This document shows, piece by piece, positions 43,655-62,373 of a stretch of 64,000 bases of DNA. Under the pieces are notes generated by a model. It worked only from the letters and a program-made list of their open reading frames with translations, was not told the DNA's origin and ran no database searches. Source of the stretch: the human T2T-CHM13v2.0 reference genome, Homo sapiens; the NCBI RefSeq assembly GCF_009914755.1, contig NC_060941.1. One strand, written 5' to 3'. The translations under genes and the position numbers were made by a program. Numbering within the stretch: the first letter of the stretch is position 1; every line of letters starts with the position of its first letter.

Positions 43655-44429
43655 TGCTTCCTTCAACTGGTATTAAACAGCCTGTAGGACAGATTCAGAG
43701 AATGCATGGGAAATAACCTGCCTTCAGCTATCCTGCCTCCTCCAAAATCAGGCTATGGGAACCAGTGGCTCAGTAAAGAGCAAGAAACACTGTTGGATAA
43801 ATAAAACGAAGCTGCTAATTATGCTTTCTATTCTGAAACACTTTCAGTGGTAGAATAAGATGAAATTCAAGAAGGAAAATTGGAGTTTGTAGGGAGTGAT
43901 GGAAAATGTAAATGATTAGAAAAAAAGAAAAATTGGAGTTTTGAATTCCTTTATTGTGACAATTTTAGACACTTGGTCAAGCACATCCCAAATGATGTTA
44001 TATTGTGTTAGATGTTAGAGTATGTGTTATGTGCAATGTTGTACAGGGAGTGATTCTGAAAAGAGACATTCTCAGTTGTTTTAAACTTATCTCACTGGAT
44101 TATTCTGTATGGAACAAAGTAGAAATGTTTTCAATGGGAAAGAATGGAAAGCTAGTCCCTTTTTCTTTATGTTAGCTATTGAGATTCACTAGTGCATCTA
44201 TCTCATAGTTGTGTGAGGGCTGTTTAGCCATCTTCCTTCCAAGATCTTCTTAATCTTCCTTTTCTCCTTCCTCTCCACCCTCCAAATCAGGATGACCTCA
44301 TAATTATTCTTTTTTCTTGCACCATCAGTTGTGAAATTTCCTCATTAAAAACACTAGCAACAAATAGATAAAGACAGAGAAGCACCTTCCATATAAATCA
44401 GTAAAGATGAAAAAGCATAATTAGTGGCA

Positions 44430-44795
44430 TGATGTGGTTTGGCTCTGTGTCCTCACCAAAATCTCATCTCAAATTGTAATCCCCAGAATCCCCGCATGTC
44501 AAGGGAGGGACCTGGTGGGAGATGATTGGATCATGGGGGCGGTTCCCCCATGCTGTTCTTGGGATAGCGAGTGAGTTCTCACGAGACCTGATGGTTTTAT
44601 AAGTGTCTGACAGTTCCTTCTTCACACACACTCCTCTCTCTTACCTGCCGCCATGTAAGATGTCCCTGCTTCCCCTTCCACCATAAGTTTCCTGAGGCCT
44701 CCCCAGATGTGTGAATCTGTGAGTCAATCTCTTTCCTTTATAAATTGCCCATTCTCAGGTATTTCTTTATAGCAGTGTGAGAATGGTCTAATACA
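44430..44795 (+). mobile_element. THE1D/MSTA solo LTR
   Basis: tgatgtggtttggctctgtgtcc...gaatggtctaataca. Confidence 0.92.
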
Positions 44796-45911
44796 TGATC
44801 TGTCTGAAATCCTGTTTTCTCTTCTGTTCTTTCGGACACCATAGATTTGAATACAAGCTAGCTTTGGAGACAGAACCTGTTGCTACTACTTTTGTAAGAT
44901 AACATTTGTTTGCTAAGACTCTGATTCTGTTCTACATATAGTTTTATATTTTCCTTGCAGTCCTTAAGAATGCTGTGATGAGTTATAATAATAGCAATAA
45001 AAATAAATCTGCCAATTGTTGAGTTCCTTTCCCTGGTTGTTAATTTTGATAACCTCTTTAACGCAATGACCTCCTCTATACCACTTTCAATGACTGTACC
45101 TTGGGCCATGTTGACAATTCGAGTTGTTCCACTTCAGAAACCCAGAGTTCCCTCTCTCTAACTCTGATCACTTAGCTTCTGGTTAACTCCTAACAGGAGC
45201 TCCTATTATACCTGTTCTTTGGTCCTCTCATGACCTCTGGTCCTTTGAACATTTCTATCAGTTCCCTCTGGTCTTTACTTCTCTTCTTGCTTAGCTTAGC
45301 TTCACACATTTCATTTCTTGACTCACTTTTTTTGCCAGTATCCTAGATACCTTTGCTCTGGTTGTCATTGTTTTGTTGTTTGACCTCATGTCCGCAAGAC
45401 TGAGTTGTTAGTATACGTATGGTTAATCCAAGCAAGCTTCCTTCTTCCTTTAATCACATTTTTATTATTCAATTATTTTCCCCATCCTCCTCCATCCCTG
45501 ATCCATTAACTCTTCTTGACATATGGCATCTGTGGATTACATTAGGGGATATTGCCTCAATCCAATTTCCACAGTTGTATTTTGACTTGAATATATCTAA
45601 CCACCTATTAGATTAGGGCCATTCCTTTTGCTGTTTTCTCTACCTAGAACATTCTGCCTTCAGATTCCTAGAGAGTTTTCTCCTTTAGTTAAGTGTCATC
45701 TCATTAGCAAAGCTTCTCTGAACACTGTATTTAAAATTGTAGCACATCTTATGATAACTTTTGAGGACAAGCATCTCTCCATGTAAATAGCCTGAAAATG
45801 TAAGAGGAATGGAATAGTTAATTAAAACATGACATGCTCATAGATAAAATATAGGTAACCATAAAGATATGTAAATAAAGTATATAATTCTAAATATGCT
45901 TGGGATACTAA

Positions 45912-46243
<332 letters not shown>

Positions 46244-46295
46244 TTCCATGTTTTTATACACAGATACGTACCAAGAAACAGACATACCTGCATTC

Positions 46296-46468
46296 AGGAC
46301 TCTGGCTACATAGTTGTAGGGCTCTTTGCAAAATAAAAATTTGAAATCTCTTTTTCAAAAATTATTAAGAATTTCAAGACGGTGATAGGAGAGGATTAAA
46401 CCAAGAATGGGATTCTTCTGAGTGTGTGGCCCTATCTGACTACACAGTGTATGCTCATAAAATCACTA
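46296..46468 (-). mobile_element. MER45A-like hAT relic
   Basis: ggctacatagttg...tcaaaaattattaagaatttcaagacggtga...attaaaccaag. Confidence 0.7.
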
Positions 46469-46638
46469 TGGATGAATATGTTGATGACAAAATTACTACA
46501 AAAAGATATGTTCAGATATTTCTTGTAGCTACCCTTTTTGATAGCATTATGGATGTTTATTATTTTTTTCCTACTACTTTTTGATACTACCTACAATTTT
46601 CTCAATGGCCATGGGTTGCTTTAATAGTCAGAAACAAG

Positions 46639-46926
46639 TCTGGGCATGGTGGCTCACTCCTGTAATCACAGCACTTTGGGAGGTCGAGGCAGGCAGATCA
46701 CTTGAAGTTAGGAGTTCAAGACCAGCCTGGTCAACATGGCAAAAACCTGTCTGTATTAAAAATACAAAACATTAGCTGGGTGTGGTGGCATGGGCCTGTA
46801 GTCCTGGCTACTCATGAGGCTGAGGCAGGAGGATCGCTTGAGCCTAGGAGGTCAAGGCTGCAGTGAGCCAAGATCATGTCACTGCACTCCAAAGTAAGAC
46901 TATTTCACACAAACAAACAAACAAAA
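46639..46926 (+). mobile_element. AluJ
   Basis: ggaggatcgcttgagcctaggaggtcaaggctgcag; (CAAA)n tail. Confidence 0.92.
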
Positions 46927-47084
46927 AGACAGAAACAAAATTATTTCTAAAGGAAAGTACGATTTTTAAAAAATCTTGCAAAGCTATGATATATTCCCTG
47001 AAATTCAACTGTGAGGTTTCCTAGACATGCATATACTTTGCTGGTGAATACTCAAAATACTTCATTTTGCAGATTTGGGTATTT

Positions 47085-47394
47085 CTTTTCTTTTTCTTTT
47101 TCTTTTTTTTTTTTGAGACGGAGTCTCGCACTGTTGCCCAGGCTAGAGTGCAATGGCACGATCTCAGCTCAGTGCAAACTCCGCCTCCTGGATTCAAGTG
47201 ATTCTCCTGTCTCAGCCTCCTGAGTAGCTGGGATTACAGGCGCACACTGCTGTACCCGGCTAAGTTTTTGTGTTTTAGTAGAGACCAGGTTTCACCATGT
47301 TGGCTAGGCTGGTCTCTAACTCCTGACCTCGTGATTCACCTGCCTCAGCCTCCCAAAGTGCTAGGATTACAGGCGCAAGCCACCGTGCCCGGCC
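47085..47394 (-). mobile_element. AluS
   Basis: 17-bp TSD agatttgggtatttctt. Confidence 0.95.
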
Positions 47395-47781
47395 AGATTT
47401 GGGTATTTCTTCTACAGTTGCCTAGTAGCAACAAAATTGGTCAAAATTGATTGAAGTAGATAAAGGCTGTCTTTATTGTCCTTCTGCCTTTCATTTTTTC
47501 TCCCCATGAAGGTCTCTCTCAGCATTTCCTTTTAGCAGTCTACTAACTTCCTGTTTTCTAACACACCCCTTTTTATAAGAGAAAAAATAGTTATCATTTG
47601 TTAGAAGGTTACTGTGTGTAAAGAACCACACTAAGTAAATTATAATATCTCCTTTAGTCTTTTTAACAGTCTTTTCAACTAGATAGTGTTATCCTAGTTT
47701 TATAGGAGAGCATGTAAAGGCACAGAGATTATGTATCTGTGGCTAAGGTCAGTAAGAGACAGAGCTGGGATTAGAATTCAG

Positions 47782-48070
47782 GTGAGGTAGGTCAGTCTCT
47801 AAATATGGCCACCAACAATTCCTCCCATCTCTGTACATGCCTGCAGTGTCTCAGATTAAGAAGAGGAAATTATGTCCCCACCCCTTCATATAGAATACCT
47901 TCATAACTTGCTTTGCATAATAGAATAAAATAGAAATGACTTTCTAGGACTTTGGCATTTAGGCCTTAGGATAACTGGCAGCTTCTGCTTCTTAGGCCTT
48001 GAAACCTAGCCACTATGCGGTAAGGAAATTCAGGCTAGACTACTGAATGATTGGAGACCATATATAGAGG
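47782..48070 (+). mobile_element. MLT1H-like LTR 5' part
   Basis: tctaaatatggccaccaacaattcctccc...ctggcagcttctgcttc. Confidence 0.65.
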
Positions 48071-48226
48071 GGTTGAGAATAAGTAGGTCATAGTGTTGCA
48101 CGTGTAAACCTCACAGTCTAGTGGGGGAGACAGTTCCATAAACCAAAAACCACAAAGCATTGTAATGTGTGTTGTACTAGAGGTGAGTAAAAAATGTTGT
48201 AGAAGCCAGAATAAAGTGGTAGCCTC

Positions 48227-48228
48227 GT

Positions 48229-48268
<40 letters not shown>
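48227..48268. repeat. (GT)n microsatellite
   Basis: gt repeat with one interruption. Confidence 0.95.
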
Positions 48269-48271
<3 letters not shown>

Positions 48272-48563
48272 ACGTAGCTTTGTGGAAGTGGTGACAGCAC
48301 TTGTCCCCCATCTCGAAGGGTATGCAGAGATTTCCTAGGTAGAAAAAGGCATCCCGGGCTAAGAGAACAGTATTTGCAAAGTTATGGAAATGTAACAGAA
48401 CAAGACATGTTTAGGAAATGGTGAGTCAATAGTACTTTCTATAGTTTCGTTGATTCTTATACTTCTAAATTTTAACTGCTTTAAAAGATGTAAACTTTCT
48501 CATTGCAGCTTCCCATGCTGGTAGATGTGGAGGATGGATGTGAGGAAAGGCTTCCTCCACTGA

Positions 48564-48872
<309 letters not shown>

Positions 48873-48936
48873 AGGATTTGTTTTTAAACATTCATTCCTC
48901 TTAATTGATTTTTTTGTTGTGATATTTGAATGTACT

Positions 48937-49577
48937 GTGTTAGTTTCCCAGGGCAACTGTAACAAATGACCACAAATGTGGTGGCTTAAAAGGACACAAG
49001 GTGGGGAACATCACACACTGGGGCCTGTCATGGGGTGGGGGGAGGGGGGAGGGATAGCATTAGGAGATATACCTAATGTAAATGACGAGTTAATGGGTGC
49101 AGCACACCAAGATGACACATGTATACATATGTAACAAACCTGCACGTTTTGCACATGTACCCTAGAACTTAAAGTATAATGAAAAAAAAAAAAAAAGAAA
49201 GAAATCTATTCTCTCACAGTTCTGGAGGCCAGAAGTCTGAAATCAAGGTGTTGGCAGGGCCACGCTTCCTCTAAAGGTGCTGGAGGAAGGTCCTTCCCTG
49301 CATCTTCCAGCTTCTGGTGGCTCCAGGTGATTTTTGGCTTGTGGCAGTACCATTTCTGTCTTTCTCTTGGTCTTCAATGGCCTCGTTCTCTGTGTCTGTG
49401 TTTTCTCCTCTTCTTATAAGGACATTGTCTTTGCACTTAGGACCACTCTAATCTACGATGATCTCATCTTGAGATTCTTAATTACATCTGCAAAGACCCT
49501 TTCCCCAAATAGGGTCCCCTCTATAGGTTCTGGGTAGACATATATTTTGTTGTGGGCCACCAATTAACCCAGTACAT
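48937..49577 (-). mobile_element. MLT1C-like LTR split by an L1PA tail
   Basis: tgtaacaaatgaccacaaa...ggtggcttaaaa | tctcacagttctggaggccagaagtctgaaatcaaggtg. Confidence 0.85.
48991..49196 (+). mobile_element. ~200-bp L1PA 3'UTR insertion
   Basis: gaacatcacacactggggcc...G-run...cttaaagtataat plus poly-A. Confidence 0.95.
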
Positions 49578-50963
49578 ATAGTAACAAACATTTACCTTTG
49601 CTAATGGTTTATATTTAACAATAATTTTTTTAAAAAAATTCTTTGTTTTATCATTTATAAATTTCAAAAAGTTTAAAACTCTAACGTGTTTAATTCCAAA
49701 TGTGACTTTGGCTGGGTCTCTCTCCTAAGCAGCACTTTAGTAGATTTTTCTCAGGCAGAATGCAAAAGGTCTACATCAGAGTAGAACTGGCCCTGTGATT
49801 AGCTATGCTAAATTGAAACCTTATGAAATATAGTGTGGTTACATTAAATGGCAGTTAGAATGTGGTCTACATTATTACAAATAAATGTTTTTCATTATAT
49901 TTTACTGTCAGCAAATGCTGGTATAAAACTCATTGCCTTTCCTCATATGGCTACCTTGAAGGGAGTCAGAAAATACATTGGCATCTGAGATCTTCATGTG
50001 AATTATTTTGAGAATTCCAAAGACTCCAAACTCAATTCAAAGAAACATGATGGAAATTTCATGGGCTTTTAATTGGACTTTCATCTTTGCTTCCTTTGTC
50101 AGTAAAGAATGACTGTCCTGGAACTTGAGGTTGTTGCTAGACCCCCTTCTTAAAAAACAAACAAAAAAAACCCTAAAGGTTCTATAGTTAAAGCCTCTTG
50201 GGAGGGGAAGAAGACTCACTCAGTACACAGAATGATAAAATTTTACTTGCCGAGGTAACATACATGACTTTGGACAGGTTTAAGCTGCTTTTTCATTGGA
50301 AGGAAGAGAACTTTTAGGCTTGCAGGTGCTATTTCTTTCTTCTTCCAATTTCTACAACTGGAAACTAGTCATTGTAGGGTTTTCCTTAAATAAGTCCAAG
50401 TCTACAGGAGGCAGCAGGGAGTCTATTCCACTGAAGCCTTCCTATGAGGATTGAACAGCTTCTAATTTCTTGATCATTCTAATCATCATAACCATCTGGA
50501 AGATTTCGTCATTAAACTAATAGTTGGTAATCATATTGTCCTGGCTTTCAAAATAAAACAAAACGATAAGGGCTTCTAGACAATCCAAGCAGGCTATTTG
50601 TCGAACTGCTCTATTTATCTGTGTCGATTTCATTTATATATTTCAAACACCCACTGCCTCTAAAGTATACCGAATCATGCCCTCAAGCAATTGGTCTCAT
50701 CTACAAAGAATGAGCCTGACCCATGATTCTGTGCTCCTCTGTTTCTCACATTATAGTCATAAGTTAGCCCAAAGAGAGAAGCATATGATTCTTTGGATGA
50801 GATCTCTGTTATCTTTTAAGGAGATAAGAATCATAAACTCCATTCAAAGGTGACATCAGAACAATGAAGGACATTCTGAGACAGAGCGAATGACCTCATG
50901 ACATTTTCCCTAGATTTTCTAACTTTTCTTCTGTTTAGTAATCAATCATTCACTGACTCTAAA

Positions 50964-51906
50964 TGTATGGGAGGTAAAAGTTTTTCTTTACTTTCTTATA
51001 TTCTGAGGGTGGGCCTGCAAGTTAAACTGACAAAGATAGATGAATGGAAGAAAATTGTACACATTGTATGTGATGTTAATATTCTTATGTGGGCAGGGTT
51101 TTCATAGAAAAGAGGTGAAAACCCCCCAAAAAGCAGGTAAACTGGAGGGCATCTATAACATTTTAGCAAAGGATGATAACCTGGGGAGAAGCGACTATGA
51201 CAGAGGAAAGAGGGTTTGGGCTTCCAGGGGTGGTGAATGGTGGGAAGGTAAATTTATGAGGAAAAGCAATAATAAACAAGAGTTATTTACTAAAGTTTGC
51301 TTACACAGCACATCTTGGTGCTATCTCCATCTCCTGATAAAGGTTGTTCTCCTCTTTCTAATAGGGGAGGGTGGGGGACACCTTTGTTTAGCCTAAAGCT
51401 AAGGTTTCTCCATATACAGTGAACTGTAACTCAAGGGGCTGTGGAAATATAGACTGTAACCTATTCTTGAAACAAGTAGCCAAGTTTTAGCCAATCACAG
51501 CAGCTGAGTTTCAGCCAATCACAGGCAGCCAACTGTCTAAACTGCGTTTAAATAAGGCAGATGCTGAGCTGTAACCAATCCAGCTGTTTCTGTACCTCAC
51601 TTCTATTTTTTGAACCTCACTTTCCATTTCCTGTCGATTAATGTTATCTGACCATGTGGCAGCCCAAGAGTCGCTGGGAACCTATTTTGCTTCTGGGAGC
51701 TGCTTGATTCATGAGCTTAATTAAATTGTTAAATCTAATTTGTCTAAAGTTTTTCTTTTAACACCTTCACGAGGGGAAGTTTATGCCCTGCTTTAAGCAG
51801 AGGGGGACGGCAGAGCTCTTCTGTGTCTGCTTTTTCTCAATTGCCCCCAGCTCAAAATAATTCTTATGCCGGCATATTTTGGGGTGACATATTCTGATCT
51901 CCTTCA
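50964..51906 (-). mobile_element. ERV1 LTR (MER31/34/67-like) split by MER57
   Basis: ends ggcatattttggggtgacatattctgatctccttca. Confidence 0.65.
51385..51763 (+). mobile_element. MER57-like solo LTR
   Basis: tg...aca termini, perfect TSD CCTT, repeated agccaatcacag. Confidence 0.8.
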
Positions 51907-54564
51907 TTGGGAAGCAGTCCCTGAGTGTGAGCCTAGCAAAGACTCTCTTCTTAGAAATCCTCCCTAATTTGAAACATAGTGGTTAAAATTCAGAAGCTGG
52001 GTCTCTGTGCACGTTATCTAACTGCTTGGCACACAAAGGTTTGTCAAATAAAAGACAGGCAGGTGATGAATGCATTGAGAATTGTTGTCAATCCTACCTA
52101 AAGTTCCACAGACTTAGAGAACATGTCTTTCTACCTGACAACCATTCAGAGCAGTTTGGCTGTTCCAACTCGCGTCCTCAATTTCATCATTCAAAATCTG
52201 TGAGACCGATACTGAGCTCTCATGGAAGACTGGCTCATTTAATTGAACAATTTGGAAAACTGTTGAGTTGAGGAAATGTATACAGAAGCTAGGTGGCGCT
52301 GGCGGCCACAGGCTGCACAAGATAATCCTCTGCATGTCAGAACATGCCCTGTGCCCAAAGGACACAGCTGTGAAACCTTTCTGAAGAGTTTAGTATCAGA
52401 TACAGGGAGAATGATTTGAAACAAAAGAGAAATACAGAAATTCCACAGCATCACTTTCAGACTGTCCAACATTACCCATTCCTTCTGACATAAACATGAA
52501 AACCCATAAAGCACAATTTGTATTTATCTATTTTCTAAATAAACTCCTCCTGGTCATTTGCTTTTTGAATATTCTGTTTGGTCTCTTTGGTTTTGCAATC
52601 ACCACTGACTTGGAGCTCCACAGAAAAACCAGAAGTTCCAAAATAGCAATCGGAAGAGAACTTGGTTTCAGTCCCTTTTCCATTAATGCCTATTTTCCAC
52701 AACCACATAACCTGTGCATTTGGAATATTTTCCCAATAGCACTGGCTTTCATAAGCTGTAGTGACTGTCAGGAAATAAAACTGCTTTGGTGGAAAGACCA
52801 GAATTATATAGCTGAGAACACAGGAATGTTAAACCAGCCTTCGAAGTCTTGCAGAATAGGAGAGAACAAAAGTGGGCTGTGTCAGTGAGGCAGGTTTAAT
52901 AGAAATAGAACATTTATGAATTTCTAGTCACATCTTCTGACCAGATAATCTTCTACAGAGTCATTTAGCTTATGTATGGGAGATACGAATCTTACAAGTG
53001 GAAGATGACCATGCCTAAGTCAGAATATAATAGTCTGACAAAATTTTCTGCCTTATGTATGCTTATGGAACTTGTTTTATATATAGACATATCACATTTA
53101 TATAGTCATTTAATAAATTTCATTCATTGAAAATAATACAAATGCATTACAATGAAAACAATCATTAGGTACGTACTTTTGGTTAATATTTCCAACTGTC
53201 CTGAAAGATGTGGTATAAATATATCTGTAATCCCTAGGGGTTTATTGCACAAGAAAAAAAGCAGAGCACACTGTTGATTTTTTTTTTTTTGAGACATATT
53301 GGCTGGTAAAATGTTGATACTAATTAATTCTGAAGTGGAAACAGGCTTACAGGCTGGCAGACGGGTTATAAAATTTTTTTTTTTCCATTGGTCTCAGAAT
53401 TGCTAGAATCTTTGTTTCAGCACCAGTAGCTCTGGTTTAGGTTAATATTTCTGCCTCCACTCAATACCATGTTATACACCCTCTTGCCTACTGTCAAAGG
53501 AGTTTGTTGAAGATAGTTTCTTTACCTGAGAAAGAATACCATTCTCCTTTACTCCTCTTTTACCATGTCTCCTCTTCTACCTGACCAGTGTACATATTTG
53601 TCAACTCTTTTTCCAACCTGTTAGCATGTTACTGATGGAGGGCTTCACGGAAGAAGCATGGAGTTGAGAATTTCAACTTTTACTTCTGTTACAGGAGTGG
53701 CCTTCAGCCTCACTTAGATAGAAAGGGCCACAATAAACTCAGAGGAGTAATAGGCTCAGAAATGGTGGACAACATACTCATCTTATTTATCACTGGGTTT
53801 CTGGCCCTTGATGCAGTACTTGGTATTTAGTCAGTGCTCCTTGCTAAGCTTCTTGTTTGTGTCTGCTTCCACATTCCAAAGATATGAGGATATGAGTTTG
53901 AATAGAGTATGAGATAGTTAACAAATATGAAACCAGTGGTATTGAGCACCAACAACATACAGAGCTGTATTAGAAACTGAGAATTGCAAAAAATGATATA
54001 TTTGTCCATGTTTCCCAAGAGGTTACCTATTAATACATAACTACATATTTGTAAGAAGACATTATAGCATATTGCCTGTGAACCATCTGCCTCAGCTTCT
54101 AGTTGTTTCCTCTGATTCAGCTAGCCAAATGCCACAAGAAACCACAAAGCCAATTTGTGTTCTTGGATAACTGCGTGCAACACCCATTAGCTTTCTATGG
54201 GCAGGATTTGGCGCAGAGAACTCATCTGTTGCCAGTGCTCAAAAGAAAGTCAGGATTAAATAAACCTATTTCTGTATTCTTACAGGCGTGCCTATGAATC
54301 CATGAGGCTACAGTCACGATGGCATACTTGGCAAGCTCAGGGCACTGTTATCTTTTGAATTAATTTTGTGACCTGTTATAAATGCAAGTTCCCTTACTGT
54401 GTTTCAAAGGCTTTTTGCTCCCTATTCCAATGTCACAAGTTTTCTTCTATGACAAAGATCGTGTTAGCTTAATTTTTTTGCTACATTGTGATTTTTTTTG
54501 ATATTGCATTATAGCTCCTTCCCCTTTTGGCATACATGCATTCATAGCTAAATTATGGAGTGAC

Positions 54565-54766
54565 TGGGGTTTCCTTCCCTTGGCATGATTTACCTCTGGT
54601 CAGATTATTCCTTGTTGTGGGGGACTGTCTTGTGCATTGTAGGGTATTTAGTAGCATCCCTGGCCCTTGCCACTAGATGCCGCTAGAATTTCCTGCCCCT
54701 AAAATGTCTCCAGAATTTGCTAAATGTTGGGATAGGGAAGGATTGCCACCTGTCGAGGACCACTGA
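54565..54766 (+). mobile_element. MER20 (hAT-Charlie)
   Basis: tgtgggggactgtcttgtgcattgtaggg...agcatccctggcc...ccactagatgcc...aaaatgtctccaga. Confidence 0.85.
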
Positions 54767-55052
54767 TTTATATTAATGTAACTTTTCTGCATAAAACCAT
54801 TAAATACCATTACTCAAGGGATATAAGCTGGCTAATGATTTTCTCTGCGGCATTTAGCAAAAAATCCATCTGGTGAAAATACCAGTGAAGAGGAACAGAA
54901 ACAATTGTAAATCTTCAAAAATCATTCCTTGAGCAAGAAAATGCCTTGGGCTAGCCACTGCCTTCCCCATTCACCCTGACCCCCACCCCAAATACAACAT
55001 TTTATTTTTAACCATCTAAGTAAGGCTGATGTTGCTGATGGATAACAGCTGC

Positions 55053-55408
55053 TGTATTAGTCTGTTCTCACACTGCTATGAAGAAATACCCAAGACTGGG
55101 TAATTTATAAAGAAAAGAGGTTTAATTGACTCAGTTCTGCATGGCTGCGGAGGCCTCAGGAATCTTACAATCATGGTGGAAGGCATCTCTTCACAGGGTG
55201 GCAGCAGAGAGAATGAATGCAAGCAGGGGAAATGCCAGATGCTTATAAAACCATCGGATCTCTTGAGACTCACTCATTATCACGAGAACAGCATGGGAGA
55301 AACTGCCACCATGATCCGATTCCCTCCACCTGGTCCCACCCTTGACACATGAGGATTATTACAATTCAAAGTGAGATTTGGGCGGGGACACAGAGCCAAA
55401 CCATATCA
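55053..55408 (-). mobile_element. THE1C/D solo LTR
   Basis: tgtattagtc...ccaaaccatatca; perfect TSD GCTGC. Confidence 0.95.
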
Positions 55409-55664
55409 GCTGCAGAGATCTCTGGGTGGAGTGTTATGTGAGTGAGCTTGCTACAGATTGGAGTGAGCCACTGAACTGTTAGGGGCATTTTTCTGATTAG
55501 AATTGCATTCTGCTATCTTTGAGTTTCTGCTGAGGTTGCTTGTCATTACATTGGCAGGCAGATAGAAACTATGAGATATGCTATTGTAAATGCATTATTT
55601 TCTCTATTATTTATAGCTGTGAGTAGGTAGTGATATAGGTGGTAAGAAAGCAACATCACAGATT

Positions 55665-56396
<732 letters not shown>

Positions 56397-56574
56397 AGAT
56401 TGAAAGGAGGAAGGCCAAGGCAGGTGCTAGTAGTTAGATATATATAAGTGCAGTCGAGAATCAGGAATAAAGCCTTGCCAACTGCCCTCTCAGTAGTTTA
56501 AAAGCTTCAGAAATCTAAATTTAGCAGTTTTATAGGTGATTACTAAGAATTTGTCTCTGCCAGCCAAAGTCAAG

Positions 56575-56815
56575 AAAGCAAAGAAGAGAATCGTGGTTGC
56601 CAGGGGCTGAGGGGAGGGGAAAATGGGGAGTTGCTAATCAAAGGGCAAAAAATCAGTTATGCAGGATGCATAAGCCCCAGAGATCTGCTATGCAACATTC
56701 TGTATGTGCACAGCAATTACTATATTGAACACTTAAGAATCTGGTGGGAGGGTAGATGTGGTAAGTGTTAAGTGTTCCTTACTACATTAAAATTTAAAAA
56801 AGGAAAAAAAACAGT
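56575..56815 (+). mobile_element. L1MB/MA 3' end
   Basis: gtggttgccaggggctgaggggagggg...agagatctgct. Confidence 0.75.
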
Positions 56816-56896
56816 ATGTATGACCTTGTGGGGGAAAAATAAAAAACCTTTAGGTAAAAGAGGTCAGTTTTTTTTTTCCTTTTTTTTTAATAATCA

Positions 56897-57245
56897 TTTT
56901 TTTAAATTTTATTATTATTATACTTTAAGTTTTAGGGTACATGTACACAATGTGCAGGTTAGTTACATATGTATACATGTGCCATGCTGGTGTGCTGCAC
57001 CCATTAACTCATCATTTAGCATTAGGTATATCTCCTAATGCTATCCCTCCCCCCTCCCCCCACCCCACAACAGTCCCCAGAGTGTGATGTTTCCCTTCCT
57101 GTGTCCATGTGTTCTCATTGTTCAATTCCTACCTATGAGTGAGAACATGTGGTGTTTGGTTTTTTGTCCTTGCGACAGTTTACTGAGAATGATGATTTCC
57201 AATTTCATCCATGTCCCTACAAAGGACATGAACTCATCATTTTTT
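56897..57245 (-). mobile_element. extra L1PA3-like 3' end in tandem with the full-length L1
   Basis: second copy of the 3'UTR, ending at gaactcatcattttt. Confidence 0.95.
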
Positions 57246-57465
57246 TTTTTAATTATTATACTTTAAGTTTTAGGGTACATGTGCACAATGTGCAGGTTAG
57301 TTACATATGTATACATGTGCCATGCTGGTGTGCTGCACCCATTAACTCGTCATTTAGCATTAGGTATATCTCCTAATGCTATCCCTCCCCTCTCCCCCTC
57401 CCCCTACCCAACAACAGTCCCCAGAGTGTGATGTTCCCCTTCCTGTGTCCATGTGTTCTCATTGT

Positions 57466-61308
<3,843 letters not shown>

Positions 61309-61356
61309 TTATTTTGCTCGTTAGTTGATGCAGTTTCTTCCTAGTCTCGATGGTCT

Positions 61357-62373
61357 TTACATTTTGGCATGATTTTGCAGCGGCTGGTACCGGTTGTTCC
61401 TTTCCATGTTTAGTGCTTCCTTCAGGAGCTCTTTTAGGGCAGGCCTTGTGGTGACAAAATCTCTCAGCATTTGCTTGTCTGTAAAGTATTTTATTTCTCC
61501 TTCACTTATGAAGCTTAGTTTGGCTGGATATGAAATTCTGGGTTGAAAATTCTTTTCTTTAAGAATGTTGAATATTGGCCCTCACTCTCTTCTGGCTTGT
61601 AGAGTTTCTGCCGAGAGATCCGCTGTTAGTCTGATGGGCTTCCCTTTGTGGGTAACCCGACCTTTCTCTCTGGCTGCCCTTAACATTTTTTCCTTCATTT
61701 CAACTTTGGTGAATCTGACAATTATGTGTCTTGGAGTTGCTCTTCTCGAGGAGTATCTTTGTGGCGTTCTCTGTATTTCCTGAATCTGATTGTTGGCCTG
61801 CCTTGCTAGATTGGGGAAGTTCTCCTGGATAATATCCTGCAGAGTGTTTTCCAACTTGGTTCCATTCTCCCCGTCACTTTCACGTACACCAATCAGACGT
61901 AGATTTGGTCTTTTCACATAGTCCCATATTTCTTGAAGGCTTTGTTCATTTCTTTTTATTCTTTTTTCTCTAAACTTCCCTTCTTGCTTCATTTTATTCA
62001 TTTCATCTTCCATCACTGATACCCTTTCTTCCAGTTGATCACATCAGCTCCTGAGGCTTCTGCATTCTTCACTTAGTTCTCGAGCCTTGGCTTTCAGCTC
62101 CATCAGCTCCTTTAAGCACTTCTCTGTATGGATTATTCTAGTTATACATTCGTCTAAATTTTTTTTTCAGTTTTTAACTTCTTTGCCTTTGGTTTGAATT
62201 TCCTCCTGTAGCTCAGAGTAGTTTGAGCATCTGAAGCCTTCTTCTCTCAGCTCGTCAAAGTCATTCTCCATCCAGCTTTGCTGAGTTGCTGGTGAGGAAC
62301 TGCATTCCTTTGGAGGAGGAGAGGCACTCTGCTTTTTAGAGTTTCCATTTTTTCTGCTCTGTTTTTTCCCCAT
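61357..62373 (-). pseudogene. L1 ORF1, disrupted
   Basis: MGKKQSRK... and EQSLQEIWDYVKRPNLRLIGV lie in separate truncated ORFs. Confidence 0.93.

Noticed and set aside
49031-49053. G-quadruplex motif ggggtggggggaggggggaggg
   Set aside because: Standard feature of L1PA 3'UTRs
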